From: the human T2T-CHM13v2.0 reference genome, Homo sapiens
Length of the DNA stretch: 64,000 bases
NCBI RefSeq assembly: GCF_009914755.1
Contig: NC_060927.1
Reading direction: 5' to 3' (one strand)
Shown one piece after another: positions 42,195 to 56,373 of this stretch. The notes below the pieces were generated by a model, which worked only from the letters and a program-made list of their open reading frames with translations, ran no database searches and was not told where the DNA came from. Numbering within the stretch: position 1 is the stretch's first letter; every line of letters starts with the position of its first letter. Made by a program: the position numbers and the translations under genes.

Positions 42195-42757
42195 CAGGTG
42201 TCTGTAAATTCTTTGACACTCCTCCCATCAAGACATAGCAGTCTAATTTTTATCCTGTTTAATATGGGCTGATATTATTGTCATTTGTCTAATAAATATA
42301 AAATGGAGAAAATGGCACTCAGTGACTTCAGAGGCTAGGTTATAAAAGGTGCCTAAAGTTCTGCCTGTCTAACTTTCTGTCTGAGACATACACATTTGGA
42401 GTACGGAGGCATCCTATAAGAAGTCTGGCAACCATGAAGCCAACATGCTCAAGAGTAGAGATCTCATAGAGATAGAGAGAGAGATGCCAGAGGAGACCAA
42501 GCTATTCTATTCTGGTCTCCATCTGTTTAAGACTTTCCAGATCAGTTACCAGATATGTAAGTGAAGAAGCCTTCAAGATAACTCCAGTGTCAGTCATTGT
42601 GATGGATCCTAACACAAAAGACCCTCAGTAAGAACCCCTTGTCTGAGCTCAATCAAACTCCAGAATCATGAGAAATGACACTGACAAGTAATTGCTGCTG
42701 TTTTTATATCACGAAATTTGTGGTGGTTTGTTGTGTAGTTGGAGGCAACTGGAACAC
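42195..42757 (+). mobile_element. MLT1G/H-like MaLR LTR
   Basis: aattctttgacactcctcccatcaag...gtgacttcagaggctaggttataaaagg...agtgaagaagccttcaagat...gtggtttgttgtg...aactggaaca. Confidence 0.65.
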
Positions 42758-43827
42758 TTGGAATGTGGACCCATGTACTCAACTTGTGAAGAACAGAATA
42801 TTCCAATGGAAACCCATTCTCTCTAAGGAGTGCTTGGTTCTGCCTCCATTAACTTTGCAGTCTTAGAGAAGAAACTGACAAATTCTCCAAATAACAGATT
42901 TCTCATTTGAAAATGTGGATGATGATATGCTGTGAGCAGGACTTTTGAATGGATTAAATGAGAAAATATATGAAAAAACTCTAGGTACTATAAAACACTA
43001 CATAAAATTGTGAGTTATTGAAATTTTTATGATGTGAAGTACCTTCAATGAACAAGATTACTGAGGAGTTTTCAAATAGTTGTCTAAGGCTTCTCTGCTC
43101 TGTGGTTAGAGCTTTGGGGGAAGGAAGGTTAATTCTGTTTAATCAACTTAACATCTTTATATTTTATTGTATTGAAAAATTTGTATAATTGCATTGGCAT
43201 GTAAAATCATAACGGGAAATTATTATATTTTCTCCATACTTAAGAAAATGTCAATTATATCTAGGGTGGAATATAAGGGAAATGTGGTTACAGTGATAAT
43301 GTGAGTCCTGTAAAGATTTGTGGTTCAAGATTAGATGTGTTTTTTTATGAAATGGCAGTTCTTATGTTACCGTGATATGCATTCCTAATGATCATGTCGC
43401 TTATCATCAGATTTATACCCCATTTTGTAAATTAATTTAATGAATATGTTTTTGCAGTAGCAGGAGGGGATTTGCAGTGATTTAACAACAATTTACAGGG
43501 CTCAGCAGTCTTAATAACCAGTAAATAGTAGACGCACTATAGTGTGGCAGGCACAATCTCAATCCACAAAACCAGACATGCAAGAAACAATGTTTTCTTT
43601 TTCTCAAATTCAATTTAAATTTTATTTTAAGCACCAATTTTACCTGGCACATTTTGGTGGAAAGTTGAATCACAATCGATTTGTGTTTTCTCCTCTCCAG
43701 GATTGCATCTGATTTCTGGAGTACTAATGTAATCTTAAAATGTTGGGAAAGTGATGTATTCTTTTACGCCATTTGTTGTTACTAGACCTTGCCCTTCCCT
43801 TGTAGAAGATAACATTACTACCTAACA

Positions 43828-44014
43828 CAGTAATTCCTAAACCTTAACAGGTACAGAATCACCTAGAGGGCTTGTTAAAACACAGACTGCTGAGCCTCAA
43901 CCCAAGAGTTTCCATTTCACTTGGCCTGGGGCAAGGCCTGAGAATTTGCCTTTCTAATAAGTTTCCAGAAGTTGCTGATGCTGGTGGTCCCGGACCACAC
44001 TTTAAGGACCACTG
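43828..44014. mobile_element. MER5A (hAT-Charlie)
   Basis: cagaatcacctagagggcttgttaaaacacagactgctg...ggcctgagaatttgc..ttctaataagtttccag...ggaccacactttaaggaccactg. Confidence 0.85.
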
Positions 44015-44590
44015 GCCTTAAGACGAGATACTTGGATTCGGTATATTTTACTGAGAGCTAATCTAGTGCAAGGAAAGTCTTCGCCACGAGAAACCCCATT
44101 GTTTTGTATGAAACACTAACCAAATAAGAAACGTAATTCCAGAAGGATCTGTGCAGCAGAGGGAGAAGTGCATTTCAGGTTTTCAGCTTAAATGTACCTT
44201 AGGTCATAATTTTATTTTATTTTTTATCAGCTAGCTAGTTAGTTTTAGAAGCTAAACAAATCAGTAAAACATGACCAGGATAGAGAGAAAACCTTTGGTT
44301 TTCTTTTTATTTCTCTCTCTACTTACTCACAGAATGGATCATATGTCCTGTGTTCCATTAAGCAAAAATAGAAGTTTCGGTCAATGATTAGAACAAATGA
44401 AACTCATGTCATCACCTGTTCCTGAATCTGAAGCAACCACTTCCAAATGTGCCATCTCATTTTGCTTAATATCAGAGCAAGTACTGGAAAAGTCTTGCAT
44501 AGTACAGGTAAAATTAAAAAAATTTTGCTTTTTGGAACTTAACTTTTTTGGAGGTAGGGAACACTGGCCATCCTATCTGACTGTAAGCTC

Positions 44591-44815
<225 letters not shown>

Positions 44816-45221
44816 ATTCTCTGCAATCCATATGCTCCATATCTTATAATTGCTTTGGTGAGATTTCTGTGGAATCTGTTAGGTCTGTATTGTGTAGTTT
44901 ACTGGTTTTAAGTACTTTTTCCTTTGAGGTATTCTGTTTGGAAGGCAAATAAGAGAAAGTGGAACCAATAGTACAACTGCTTAATAATGAAAAGTGATAA
45001 AATATTACTTTGAAATAAGGAACTAGACTTCCCCTTAGACTCACACACACACACCCCTACGCTGGAGTTCCTTAGTGCTCAGTCCTAGGTCCCCTTCTCA
45101 CTCTATTTGGGCTTGTCTTAAAGCTTGGTGATCATATGTATCATATGACTTTATTTCCAAAAAAAATGACAGAATTTCTAGCATCCATGTGTTCCAGAAA
45201 GCAAATTTATTAATGCAGATG

Positions 45222-45445
45222 AAAACTGGCTTTGAAGTTATACACTTAGGTTAAATTCCTGGCTATATTCAAATATATATTTCTGGCCATATTCAAACTA
45301 TGTGAACCTGGGCATCACTTGATTTTTCTTTGCTTTAGTAAAGTGGGATGATAATTCCTGTCTCCCAGGGTGTGGGGATTGGTAACATATGTAAAGCATT
45401 TATCACAGCACCTGCACAAATACTCAACAAATTATAGTTGCTATT
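45222..45445 (+). mobile_element. MIR
   Basis: ggctttgaagtta...ctatgtgaacctgggca...gtaaagtgggatgataat...tgtaaagcatttatcacagcacctg...tactcaacaaat. Confidence 0.65.
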
Positions 45446-47286
45446 ACTCTACATATTCTGTTGCCTTTTCTTGCTTCTTTTCATCTCCATAGATAAAAAT
45501 CTTCTTTTTTTCTGGCCACTAGGTGGAGAAAGCAAGCCTTCTACAGTAATTGAATTAAACAACAAGGCCAAATACCACAGACATTTAAGGGAGAGAAAAA
45601 CAATTTTTCTTCTTCCTCTTTTTCAAAACTTTGGATGGCATGAACAGGCAAACTGCAGAGATGCTTTGAGTAGTTCACAATTAAAGTGTTTGTGTTGTAA
45701 GTGTGGTCATGCCTTGAAGCACTAGATTTCACTCAGGGAAGGTCCTAGCCAAATCATAAAATTCAAAAAGTTTGCTTCCTAGCACCTTCTCATTCTCCAT
45801 GTCATATTCTCTTCTCACCTTCATTTCAAGCAGGCACCAGGCCAGTATTCTTTTCTTTCTAAGTTATTCTATAGCACTGATTCCCAGGGATATTTGAATT
45901 TTAAAATAAAATTCCTTGATAAGTTACCTTTCTTTAACCTGTAATAAAAGATTAATGAGAATTCATTGGACCTACTTCATCGAGCTATTTTGAGGATCAT
46001 TTAGTTAATATGTGTACAATCTCATTGTAATGTTGAAGTTCATATTAATGAAAAATTCAATTTATATTGAAGATCCCAAAGCTCTTCAGTTAGAATGAAA
46101 GGAACCACTATCACAGAATTAGCATGACATTTGCATGCAAGGGTCTCCTGAAATCACACAGACAGGTGGACTTCTAGCTGGCCAAATTTGCAACTTTTAT
46201 CTCAATAGTTTTTTCCAAAGTGAGTTTGCTATGTATTAAAATATTGTATCTAGTTATTTCACATACCAGATATTAAGAGTGTAAGAATCCTTTTCTGATA
46301 CTTTCTCTCAAAGTTTTGCCCTTAATGAAACAAGATAAGAAGCCCAAAAGATTCTTGCAAAAGAAACTAGGTTACGAGGGGCTGAGGTAATATGAAAAGA
46401 CATAGTTGAAACGGATCTGTATTTATGAATATTTGCATGCATTTCAAACAAACGAAATGCTCCTGAAGGTTATCCACATTCACCACTCTATCCCCACCCA
46501 ATACTGAGTCTATAGGCATTTAGATAAAGATGTTGCCTCTCCCTGAATCATACACTCAGGCATTGATCCAAGCTCCATATTATTCTCCTTATTTCTCCCT
46601 GTCATCTGGTTTCCAAAGTCTTTTTTCATCTGTTTTCATACTATATTTATCTTCTCAGCATCAGCCCTTCAGATGAACAACTATTTGGAAAGTTAACCCA
46701 TTCTATATGTTAGCATCTCCCCTGGAATTGTCTTATCAGCCCTAAAAATTACAGCTACCACCTTTATTCCTGATCCAAACTTCAAAATTCCATATTATTC
46801 CAGGAAAGTACCCATGATCCCTTTGTATTTGAGAGTGCTGAGAAGAGAACATTGAAAGATTTTTAATATTTATCCATACTTTTACTTAACAAGCACAAAA
46901 TTTTCTTTTTGTTAAGGAAAATACCCAAGTTGCTTACCAAATATTCAGTTTATAATTGATGTAATTTTATTGCACAAAATTATCATCTCGTACTTTAAAA
47001 ATAGTAGTCATGTTTGCCTTTCCACTGGTGTTGTTCACTAGTACTTTTGTTGTTGTTTTGGTTTTCCTGTGTTATTTAAGGAAAGAAAGCTCTGGAGAAA
47101 TTTTAGCTTATGTTCAGTAAATTTCCACCCTAGGACCTGAACAAAAGTTCCTATAGGCAGCCAAGAGCATGACTGGAACCCTGGAATGCTGTTCCATTTA
47201 AATGTGGTTTGAAATAGCACACTTATTTCCACTAAATTTACTTTTAATGCACCTCATAGAATTATCATTTGTGCATAATTCATGCA

Positions 47287-47287
<1 letters not shown>

Positions 47288-47325
<38 letters not shown>
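47288..47325. repeat. (AC)19 microsatellite
   Basis: Seen directly. Confidence 0.97.
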
Positions 47326-47327
<2 letters not shown>

Positions 47328-47464
47328 AGGACCTAAATATAGACTCTAAGTATAAATTCCATATTTTTCCCTTATAGCATTTTCTGATTCGCAATTTATA
47401 GTATCAGTTTTCAATCACCATGTTCCATATGCATAAGATACTCATATATGATATTAAATGTTTT

Positions 47465-47932
47465 ATGTTGGACTTCTCCCAAAGCAGACTCTGAAGCAAA
47501 CATTTGAGTGCTGGCAGTTTATTGGCAAGCATAAGAAACACAAGTAGGTGAGGGGTAGAGAGCTAGGGAGAGGAAAGGCAAACAATAAAGGGGGTATTAT
47601 AAAGCTGGTTTCTGTAATGGATAACTGGAGCCTAATCCTGCAGAAAAACTCTAGAAGTGATGCAAAATATACTCCTCAGCGTTATCTAGTGAAGGGCAGG
47701 GAAACTGGGGTATTTATATTCCTGTACTTGTCAGTTTTTGGTTAAAGGCTTGGGGGCAACGGGAGATTTAATTCTCAGTCTTTCCTGTCAACCTTACATG
47801 TGAGCTATGTGGGTTTCAATGCAGCCTGCTAGCAAAGATGCAGGTTCTGGCCATTCGAAGACAGGCAGCTGTGCAGAGAAATGGTATAAAGGTCCAAAAG
47901 AAATGAGGTGATTTGCTAACACACCTGCTACA
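47465..47932 (-). mobile_element. LTR33-like ERVL LTR
   Basis: aagcagactctgaagcaaacatttgagtgc..gcagtttattgg...aactggagcctaatcc...gaaactggggtatttata. Confidence 0.55.
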
Positions 47933-48009
47933 CCACCCTATTGAGAAAAATTGCTACTTATGTGTTACACTCCATATTTATTACCACATTTATATCAAAT
48001 CCTCAAACT

Positions 48010-49430
48010 AAAAATCAATATACAACTCCCATAAAATAGATCTCCAGGCCCAGGCAGTTTAACAGGAGAATTCCACAAAATATTTAAAATAGAGTTAAAA
48101 ACAATTTTATACAGTTTCCTCCATAAAACAGAAGAGAGAATAACACTTCCCAATGCCCTTTAGGAGGTCATTATTGTCTTAAGACCAAAACCACACAAAG
48201 AGAGTACAAAAAGTGAATAATACAGACCAATATCTCTTCAGAACTTAGATTAAAAATCTTCGACTAAAACCTTCAACTTCAGCAAACTGAATCCAATAAT
48301 GAATATAAAGTATTATACATCATTTCCAAGTAGAATTTATTTCAAACATGCAAAGTGTGTCAATATTTGAAATCGATCAGTGTAATTCATCGTATCAGTT
48401 GTGTAATCATATCAATTGACACAGAAAAAAAAGTTAGGCAGAATTTGAATTTCATTCCTGATAAAAACTCTCAGCAAGTTAGGGATAGAAGAGAATTACC
48501 TTAACTTGATAGAGGGCATCTATAAAATCCCTTCAGCTAGCATCATATTTAGTAGTGACAGACTGGCTGTTTTCACTCAAGAGTAGGAAGAAGACAATGA
48601 TTTCTGCTGTCGCCATTTATTCAATATAGTACTCATACTTCTAGCCCCTGCAATAAGGAAAAAAAAAGCATACTGATTGGAAGAAAATAAAACTGTCCCT
48701 ATTTGCAGATGATATGGTTATCTACATAGAAAATACCAAGAAATATACAACTCCCAAAACTCTAGAACCGGTAAGGTCAGCAAGGTTTGCAAATACAGCA
48801 TCAACATGCACAATTTAATCACATTTTATATACCAAGAATGAATATGTAGAAACTGAAATTAAAAACATAATACTATTTGTAATTGTTTCAAAGAAAATG
48901 AAATGCTCAGGCACATGCTTTAAAATGTTAAGGTTCTATATGCTGAAAATTACAAAATGTTGTTAAAAGAAACCAAAGAAGAGAATGCATCGTGTTCATG
49001 GATCAGAACACTCAAAATAGTAAAGATGTCAATTCTTCCCAAATTTAGTGCAAATTAGGTTTAGTGCAATTCCTCTCAAAATCCCAGCAAGACTTTTTTT
49101 CCTAGACAGACAAGATCATTGTAAGATATATATGGAAGGGCACAGCTATTTTAGAATAGCTAATACAATCTTGACAACAAAAAAAAAGTAGGAGGGTGAC
49201 AGTTATCAAGTCTATGATAGTAGTGTAAGGATAGGTGCCACAGATCAATTGGACAGGAAAGAAAACTTACAAACAGACACAAACAAAAATGGTCAACTGA
49301 TTTTTGAACAAAACTGCAGAGATTAGTTGAAGGAAATATAGTCTTTTTGATAGAAAGTATAGGAGCAATTAAAAATCCATAAACAAACAAAAAGATCATT
49401 GTCTTAAAGGCAAAATGTAAAGCTATAAGT
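48010..49430 (+). mobile_element. Decayed L1M ORF2 (RT region) fragment
   Basis: tacagaccaatatctct..., ctatttgcagatgatatgg (LFADDM motif), aagatgtcaattcttcccaaatt. Many stops and indels. Confidence 0.85.
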
Positions 49431-49529
49431 AATAGAGAAAATCGAAGTTATTTCTGTATTTTGTGCTGTCCCTGGCCTTGTCTCTTACAAGCATTTTAAT
49501 TTGATTTTATTTCTTTTGAGAAGCAGGAT

Positions 49530-49790
49530 AGAATTATGGCAAATAGCGCAGGCTGTGGAGTTCAAATGCATGAGTTTACATCCAAGGCTTTCATTTGCAT
49601 CCATGCATCACGACTCTTCAACTCCTCAGCTCTGTAATTTTGAGTATGTTCCATCAATCATCTATCTGAAGTTTCCTAATCTGTGAGATGAGAATAATGA
49701 CAACAGCCCTTTTCTCAAAGGGAAGTTCATCACATGGGAGCCTATAGACTGTACCCAATCTATTATATGAACTTTATAAGTGTTAGCTGT
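49530..49790 (+). mobile_element. MIR
   Basis: cagctctgtaattttgagta...tctctgaagtttcctaatctgtgagatgagaataat-like core. Confidence 0.5.
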
Positions 49791-51296
49791 TTTTTAATGT
49801 TTAATTTTGAATATTTTCTTACATTATTCATGAGGAGCATGTTTCCCAAGCCCATCTGCTAAAGACCTATTGATCTGAAGCAATAAGAATTCTGCATTTT
49901 GATCACTTGCATACCCAAGCAGGCTATGTAAGAGAGCTAGCTGCATGTGTTTTGTGTTTCGCATTTTTTTTTTCAAGAGTAACAATTTCCAATTCCATTT
50001 TGCCCATGAAATAGCATATTTGGCTATTAGAAGAAGGTGACAGACACCCATCTGAGACCTCAGCTTGGTACATAGAGTAGAACTGATTTGAAACAAACAT
50101 GAGGGTGGAGATATGAAGTCAGTAAAAGATCATGTAACTACACACAAAGATGAGGACAATAAATACGAACACTAATAGTACTTTAAAATATAGGTTATTT
50201 CCCAACCATACTGGAATTGATTTCTAAAGCTTAAAATGGAAAACATTTAGCCATTAAAATTAAACATTATCTTCTTGGTTCTGAGAAATTTTGTTTTTAA
50301 ACTAGGGATTTGCTTCCTGAAGTAACCTTATTCTTTTCAGTATTCATCAAAAACTATGAGAAAATATAATTTATTCTTATCACATGGCCACTTTCAAATG
50401 ACTGTTCAGTCAATGGATAGGGGTTTTATTTTACACTTTCTTTGGCATCTATCCAGTCAATATGTATGCCTTGTTTTCATGCACATTCTGAAAGTTAAGG
50501 TTAGATTCCTATTTATATTTTTTATACTCAACCTAATGTCTAATCCTTGGTGGTCATTTTTGAACTTGTATAGTAATTTTTTTTAATCTAAAATGTTGAT
50601 CAATTTCAAAATTATCTGTAAATTTACCTCTACATATAAATCTTTTATTCTACTCCTGACCTATACTGTTATCATTACTAGTTAAGAGCAAGACTATTTT
50701 GCTTTATTTTTTCGTTGTTGTTGTTCTGTATGTGTGCTGCTTTGGTTTGGTTTCTTCCAGACATTTTAGGATTGGCATCATGTTAATAGTAATTAACTAC
50801 TTTTTTGGGTTTTGCTCCTACTGCAGTCATAGTCGCAAACTACATTATTTGCTGTCAATTTGGCACTACTGCCACCGTACTCTAAGGCTGGGAATTATAT
50901 TTCTCAGAATCTTCCTCCACGTATGGTGTTTGACAATGAAAGGAGCTGGTGTCTGATTTGAAAAGTGAATGCAAAGCAGTAATCATTATTTTCTGGAGGC
51001 AAGTACAGCCAGATGTGTAGGAAGACAAGAGTTTCACAGCAGCTTTCTGGTAACTCCAAAATATGACCCACTTTTCAGAAAAAGCAGATGGTGGGAGCTT
51101 CTTAATGATTCTCAAGAGTTGTAGCAGCCTCCAGGCAAATTTTGAAGAATCCGATTGGGTACTTCAATCTGAAGTCTTCAGCATCAATTTCTCTGCCTTT
51201 GGGGGCAGCTCCCCTGGCCTTCCACAGTAGTTTCCCTGACACTGCCACTTTTCTAACTATCACATAGGTCCCCAATCCTGTACTAAATCTGTGACA

Positions 51297-51908
51297 CAGG
51301 GAGCTCTCACCTAATGTGCATAACAGATCCTTGCAAACGGTGACTTTAAGTGAAATAACATATAATGAAACCAGTTTTACCATAGGCTAATTGATATCAA
51401 AAAGGGTTAAGTTCCTATGGCAGATTTCTGATCACCAAAAATCACTGAACTCCTAAATTAAGACTCAAAACATTTCTAATAGTAAACATTGAAATAAATG
51501 TGAGATATACATACATTTAAGAAAGACTAATAAAACAAGAAAGATAATTATTTAATTTTTGGTGAATCAGTGAGTGATGGTGGTCATAGTGGCAGTGCAT
51601 TAAATCAAGGAATAAATATTTGCAAGGCAAAAATCATAAAAAGCACCTCCTACCACCACACAGTTCAAAAATAAACAACTACAAATAAGGAAAGCTCACT
51701 GAATGCTTTTGTACTGCATTGTTTATTGTAAATTTGTATGATTATCATAGACTTTACAAATTAATATTTGATAATAATTTATATTTATTCGCTTATTTCC
51801 CAGTCTACTTTTTCCAGTTCAGGGTCACAGGTGGCTGGATCCTATTCCAGCAGCTCAGATCACAAGGCGGGAACCAGCCCTGGACAGGATGCCTATACTC
51901 TGCAGGGT

Positions 51909-51994
<86 letters not shown>

Positions 51995-52174
51995 AGACTG
52001 GGACAATTTGGACAGGCTATTTCACTTAATATGCACATCTTTGAGATGTGAGAGAAAAAATAATTATCCAGAGAAAATCTATGCAGACAGTGGCCTTGGC
52101 TGTGAATTAACTTTTTTTTCGATCAACATTATAGTGAAATGATGTTGAATGAAACATTATTCAAGGACCTGCTG
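51297..52174 (-). mobile_element. MER6 (Tc1/mariner-Tigger) near full length, containing the V-SINE-like domain
   Basis: Ends ttattcaaggacctgctg|TA. cagggtcacaggtggctggatcctattccagcagctcag...gggaaccagccctggacagga matches the V-domain. Left end matches the reverse complement of the MER6 terminus. Confidence 0.85.
51913..51994. repeat. (AC)23 followed by (TC)n, inside MER6
   Basis: Seen directly. Confidence 0.95.
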
Positions 52175-53009
52175 TAGTTAGAATACAGAGTGATTTTGTT
52201 TTCTTGACTGAATCCTAACTGATACAAAGATCTTTAATACCTTCAAAATAAGATCTCAAATCTTTCCAAGAGTCCTCATCAAGTATCCAAGTGAGCCAAT
52301 AAAAGTCTTTTCTGCCACATAGCACCTGCTGTGTTGTTCTTCCTTCGAGGATACCTCATCACTCCCAAGATCACCAGTGCCTACTAGGATGTCCATGGGC
52401 TCCAATAATAACCATGCAAAGCTTGCCATCTCCAAAGAGCTGCGAATTGTTGAGAATAACATTGTGAAAACCTGAGAGGTGCCCAGGCTAAATAGTAACC
52501 CATGCAGAATCAGAAGAATGTCATTGTTCCCGCATTTAGCGTCAAACTTAAATGTGAGAGAAAAAAGAATTACCCAGAGAAAATCCATGCGGACAGTGGC
52601 CTTGGCTGGGAATTAACTTTTTTTCTTAACTTAAACATCAAACAGCACTGTCTACGTCCAAGTGTGTCACAAGGTCATTCATTATAATGTCACCTTTAAA
52701 TGTTGTCTGCTCTTTCAGGTTCAACATGTTTCTGAAGAAAGATCACACTGTACTCTCAACCCTTTCTCTTTAGCAAACTGCCCATCTCTATTCTTCCACC
52801 CTGGAAAACTACCATGCATAGTGTAGCTTTAGTCAGATTTGCCACGTAAATCAGCTCCATGTGGCTAAATATGTCTGTATTACAACATTGGGCACAACTT
52901 AAGCTAAAGTGGTGACTCCACTATGTGAATATAGATTTTTTGTCATTTTGACTTCAGTGTTTAGAAAATACAGCAGCAATAGTAGGAAGAAACCTGAAAC
53001 CTGCCTGTC

Positions 53010-53185
53010 TGATATAGTATAATGATTAAGACTGGAAACTTTAGAGCCAGACTGCCAAGGCTTGAGTGCCATTTAAACTATTTACTCATGATGTATCTTC
53101 AATAAGTTACTTACCCTCCCTGTGTTTATCTGTGAAATAGATAGAATAATAGTATTCATACAGTATAGTTGTTATGAGGACTATC
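53010..53185 (+). mobile_element. MIR
   Basis: tataatgattaagactggaaactttagagccagactgcc...aagttacttaccctccctgtg...gttgttatgagga. Confidence 0.7.
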
Positions 53186-53477
53186 TTGATTACAATAATA
53201 CTTCCTTGTGTTCACACTAAGTAATGTTAGCAAAATCATTTTGCATGACTTTTGTATTTCAGAATCCTCAAACGGAAGTTCTAATAGACTTTTTAACTTG
53301 AAAGTTCTATGATCTATGTGTATTTTCTGTATCATTTATTGCTGATCAAATTGGGAGACAACAAAAACAACAAGCCAGACTGATTTTATTGGGGGCCAGG
53401 GCAAGCCACACTGAAATTACTAATCCCTTCACTGAACTATATGCTGGGCAGCAAATTTTATTTGAGAGTAGGTATTA

Positions 53478-53820
<343 letters not shown>

Positions 53821-55361
53821 TCAGTTGAGAATGTCCTCTGGAGTTAAGTGGCATGTAAAATGGATCGTATAAATTTTCCTCAAACCTCTTCTACAGTCAC
53901 TGCAAGTAGGACCTATGAATTTGCTTCTCTAATCAGCTTGCAGGTGATGCAAATATTATGGTCATTGGACCGCAACTTGAGTATCCCTATTCTAGACTGT
54001 GTGCTTGGAGTCTTAGCTGTCAAGGAGAGCCACATCAAACCCTTCCTTCAATATAAAGATGTAGAACATTTTTCTTCCAGTGTGGATCACAAACAATTTG
54101 TAGCATTGGCATTGTGAAAATACATGAAAGAAATGTGTACGAAATCTTGAAGGAGGAGTAGAAATCCAAAGAAGGGAAGAGTGTATGAGCAAAGAGTGGT
54201 GGTGAAATAAAGGGTAGTTCAGATTTGCTGAAGGGGAAAATCAGACAGATAGGCCTGGCTTAAACCAGATGTTGACTTTAGTATAGCCCTGGGCTCTGAG
54301 TTGACAAAATAGGGCATACTTATAGTCAACAAAGCATGGGACTGCTTACTCTCTACACTAAGGCTGCACAAATCAGGGAATCATTTTCATGGCCATGTTT
54401 CACGTTTATAAATACAAAGTAAATTCCAGTATTAGAAGATCAAGATTTTATTTTATTTTTAGTTTTATTTTCCGCTTTAATTCTAAATATAAGTTATCAT
54501 ACAGGGAATTTTAAAGGTAAAACAAAATGTTCCTGTCTTCTCACTTTCATGCATAGCTGCTAATAGACATGAGGGGCAAGCACTATTTTTAAAAAATCAC
54601 ATTTCAGGAGCCTCATGTGGGTCATAAAACACATATTCACCTTGCGTGCTTCCCTCTGTCTTCTACATTCAATAGCACGAACATATTTTTGTTACTCTAA
54701 CTATAAAAATGTATGTGGATGGTTGCACACTGAAGTTTTAGTTTATTTTTCCTCACCCCAACACCACCTACAAATTCCTTTTTATGTACCCTAAGACCCT
54801 GTTGTAGTAGACCTAGGTTACCTACTGTGAAATTTGAATGAAGACTAAAAAATACTCAATGATTGAGCCACAAACTACTGGCTACAGTGAAAGACATACA
54901 AATTGGGCTGTAGGCTTGTTTAGAAAACTTTCCTTCTCCCAAAGATGAGTGAAAACAATGGTGCTAAAAAAGAGGAAGAAGGGGAGGACCATTTGGAGAG
55001 GAGAACTTGAGACTGAGAAACCCAGAATAAGCACTGACCTGATACTGAGGAAGCTGAGTTGCCCTTTGCCTCCCCCTCTCCTCCCGTGAAAACCACATTC
55101 AGCAACAGTAGGCCCCACCTGTCAGTCATCCCATTTAGAATGATTCTGCCAGTCTCTTTTTCATTCCATGGAAATACCTTTCTTTCCAGTCCAGGACACA
55201 TGTAAGTGTCCCTTAATGGAGGAAGGGCATGCTAGAAAATTTTCAATTTACCCCCCAGGTCCTCTCTTCACTCTTCTCCATCTTGTCATTTGCCCAAGGA
55301 AGCTGACCTGAATGGTGCATGCATCTACAGCTCCATTGACTTCTGTCTCCTAGTTGGGTGT

Positions 55362-55791
55362 TGTATAGCTGAGATATTTGTCCCCTCTGGATGTCATGTT
55401 GAAATATCCCCAATATTAGAAGTGGAACCTAGTGGGAGGTGTTTGGGTCATGGGGGCAGATCCTTAATGAATGGCTTGGTGCCATCCCCTTGGTGATAAG
55501 TGAGTTCTCACTCCATTAGTTCACATGAGATTTGGTTGTTTAAAGAATCTGGCGTATTCCTTTTATTTCTTGATCCCTTCTCTTTTGCTTTGTCTCTTGC
55601 CATATGACATGCCTGCTTCCTCTTCACCTTCTGCCCTGAGTAAAAGCTTCCTGAGGCCTCACCAGAAGCCAAACAGATGCCAGTGCCATGCTTGTACAGC
55701 CTGCAGAAGTATGACCCATATGAATCTCTTTCCTTTATAAATTACTCAGTGTCAGGTATTTCTTTATAGCGACACAAAATGGGCTAACGCA
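55362..55791 (+). mobile_element. MSTB solo LTR inserted in an older ERVL LTR (LTR41-like, about 55235-56030)
   Basis: gggaggtgtttgggtcatgggggcagatcc..atgaatggcttggtgcc...agcttcctgaggcctcaccagaagc, exact TSD GGTGT. Confidence 0.88.
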
Positions 55792-56373
55792 GGTGTTCAA
55801 ACACTAGCAGCAGATTAGAGAGTGTCAGGGTGTGTGTCAAGTCTGGCTCCCTCTCTGCTCTGCTGCAGTGGAGCGGCTGTAGCTTTCTAGTGAAGGTCAT
55901 AGCTTCTGGTAGAGAGTCAATACTCTCTTTGTAATCTGAACACTTCTTTCCCTTGCACCTTAGATAATAGCTCTACACTGTTACCAGCCCTGAGGAAACT
56001 GCAAGATTCCCTGCTCATTTCTCTTAACCCTGTGTATACTATACATTTGACTAATAGAATTAGGAACTTAGGCATCTTTAAAGATGATGATAGTATGAAG
56101 GAAGAATCTCACCCTCAGTCAGTGTGGAAATATTCCCTTGCAGTTTGGCATCCCAGCTAGGGAGAGCAAAAGCCCTTGATGCATTTACCATTTATTAGAT
56201 GGATATATTCCATTAAAATAAAATAGGTGTAAAACACTATCTAGACCTAGGGGTGCTGGGAATGTAGAGGGCTGTCCGAATTTTAAAAATTATAAATATG
56301 CTTCTCTAGGGCCTTAAAATGTGAAAGACAAATCTACATGTATGGAATAATGCATGTATGGAATAATGTAAGG

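Noticed and set aside
51810-52110. Fish V-SINE-like sequence as horizontal transfer or contamination
   Set aside because: The V-domain is a known part of the MER6 consensus and here lies within MER6 termini
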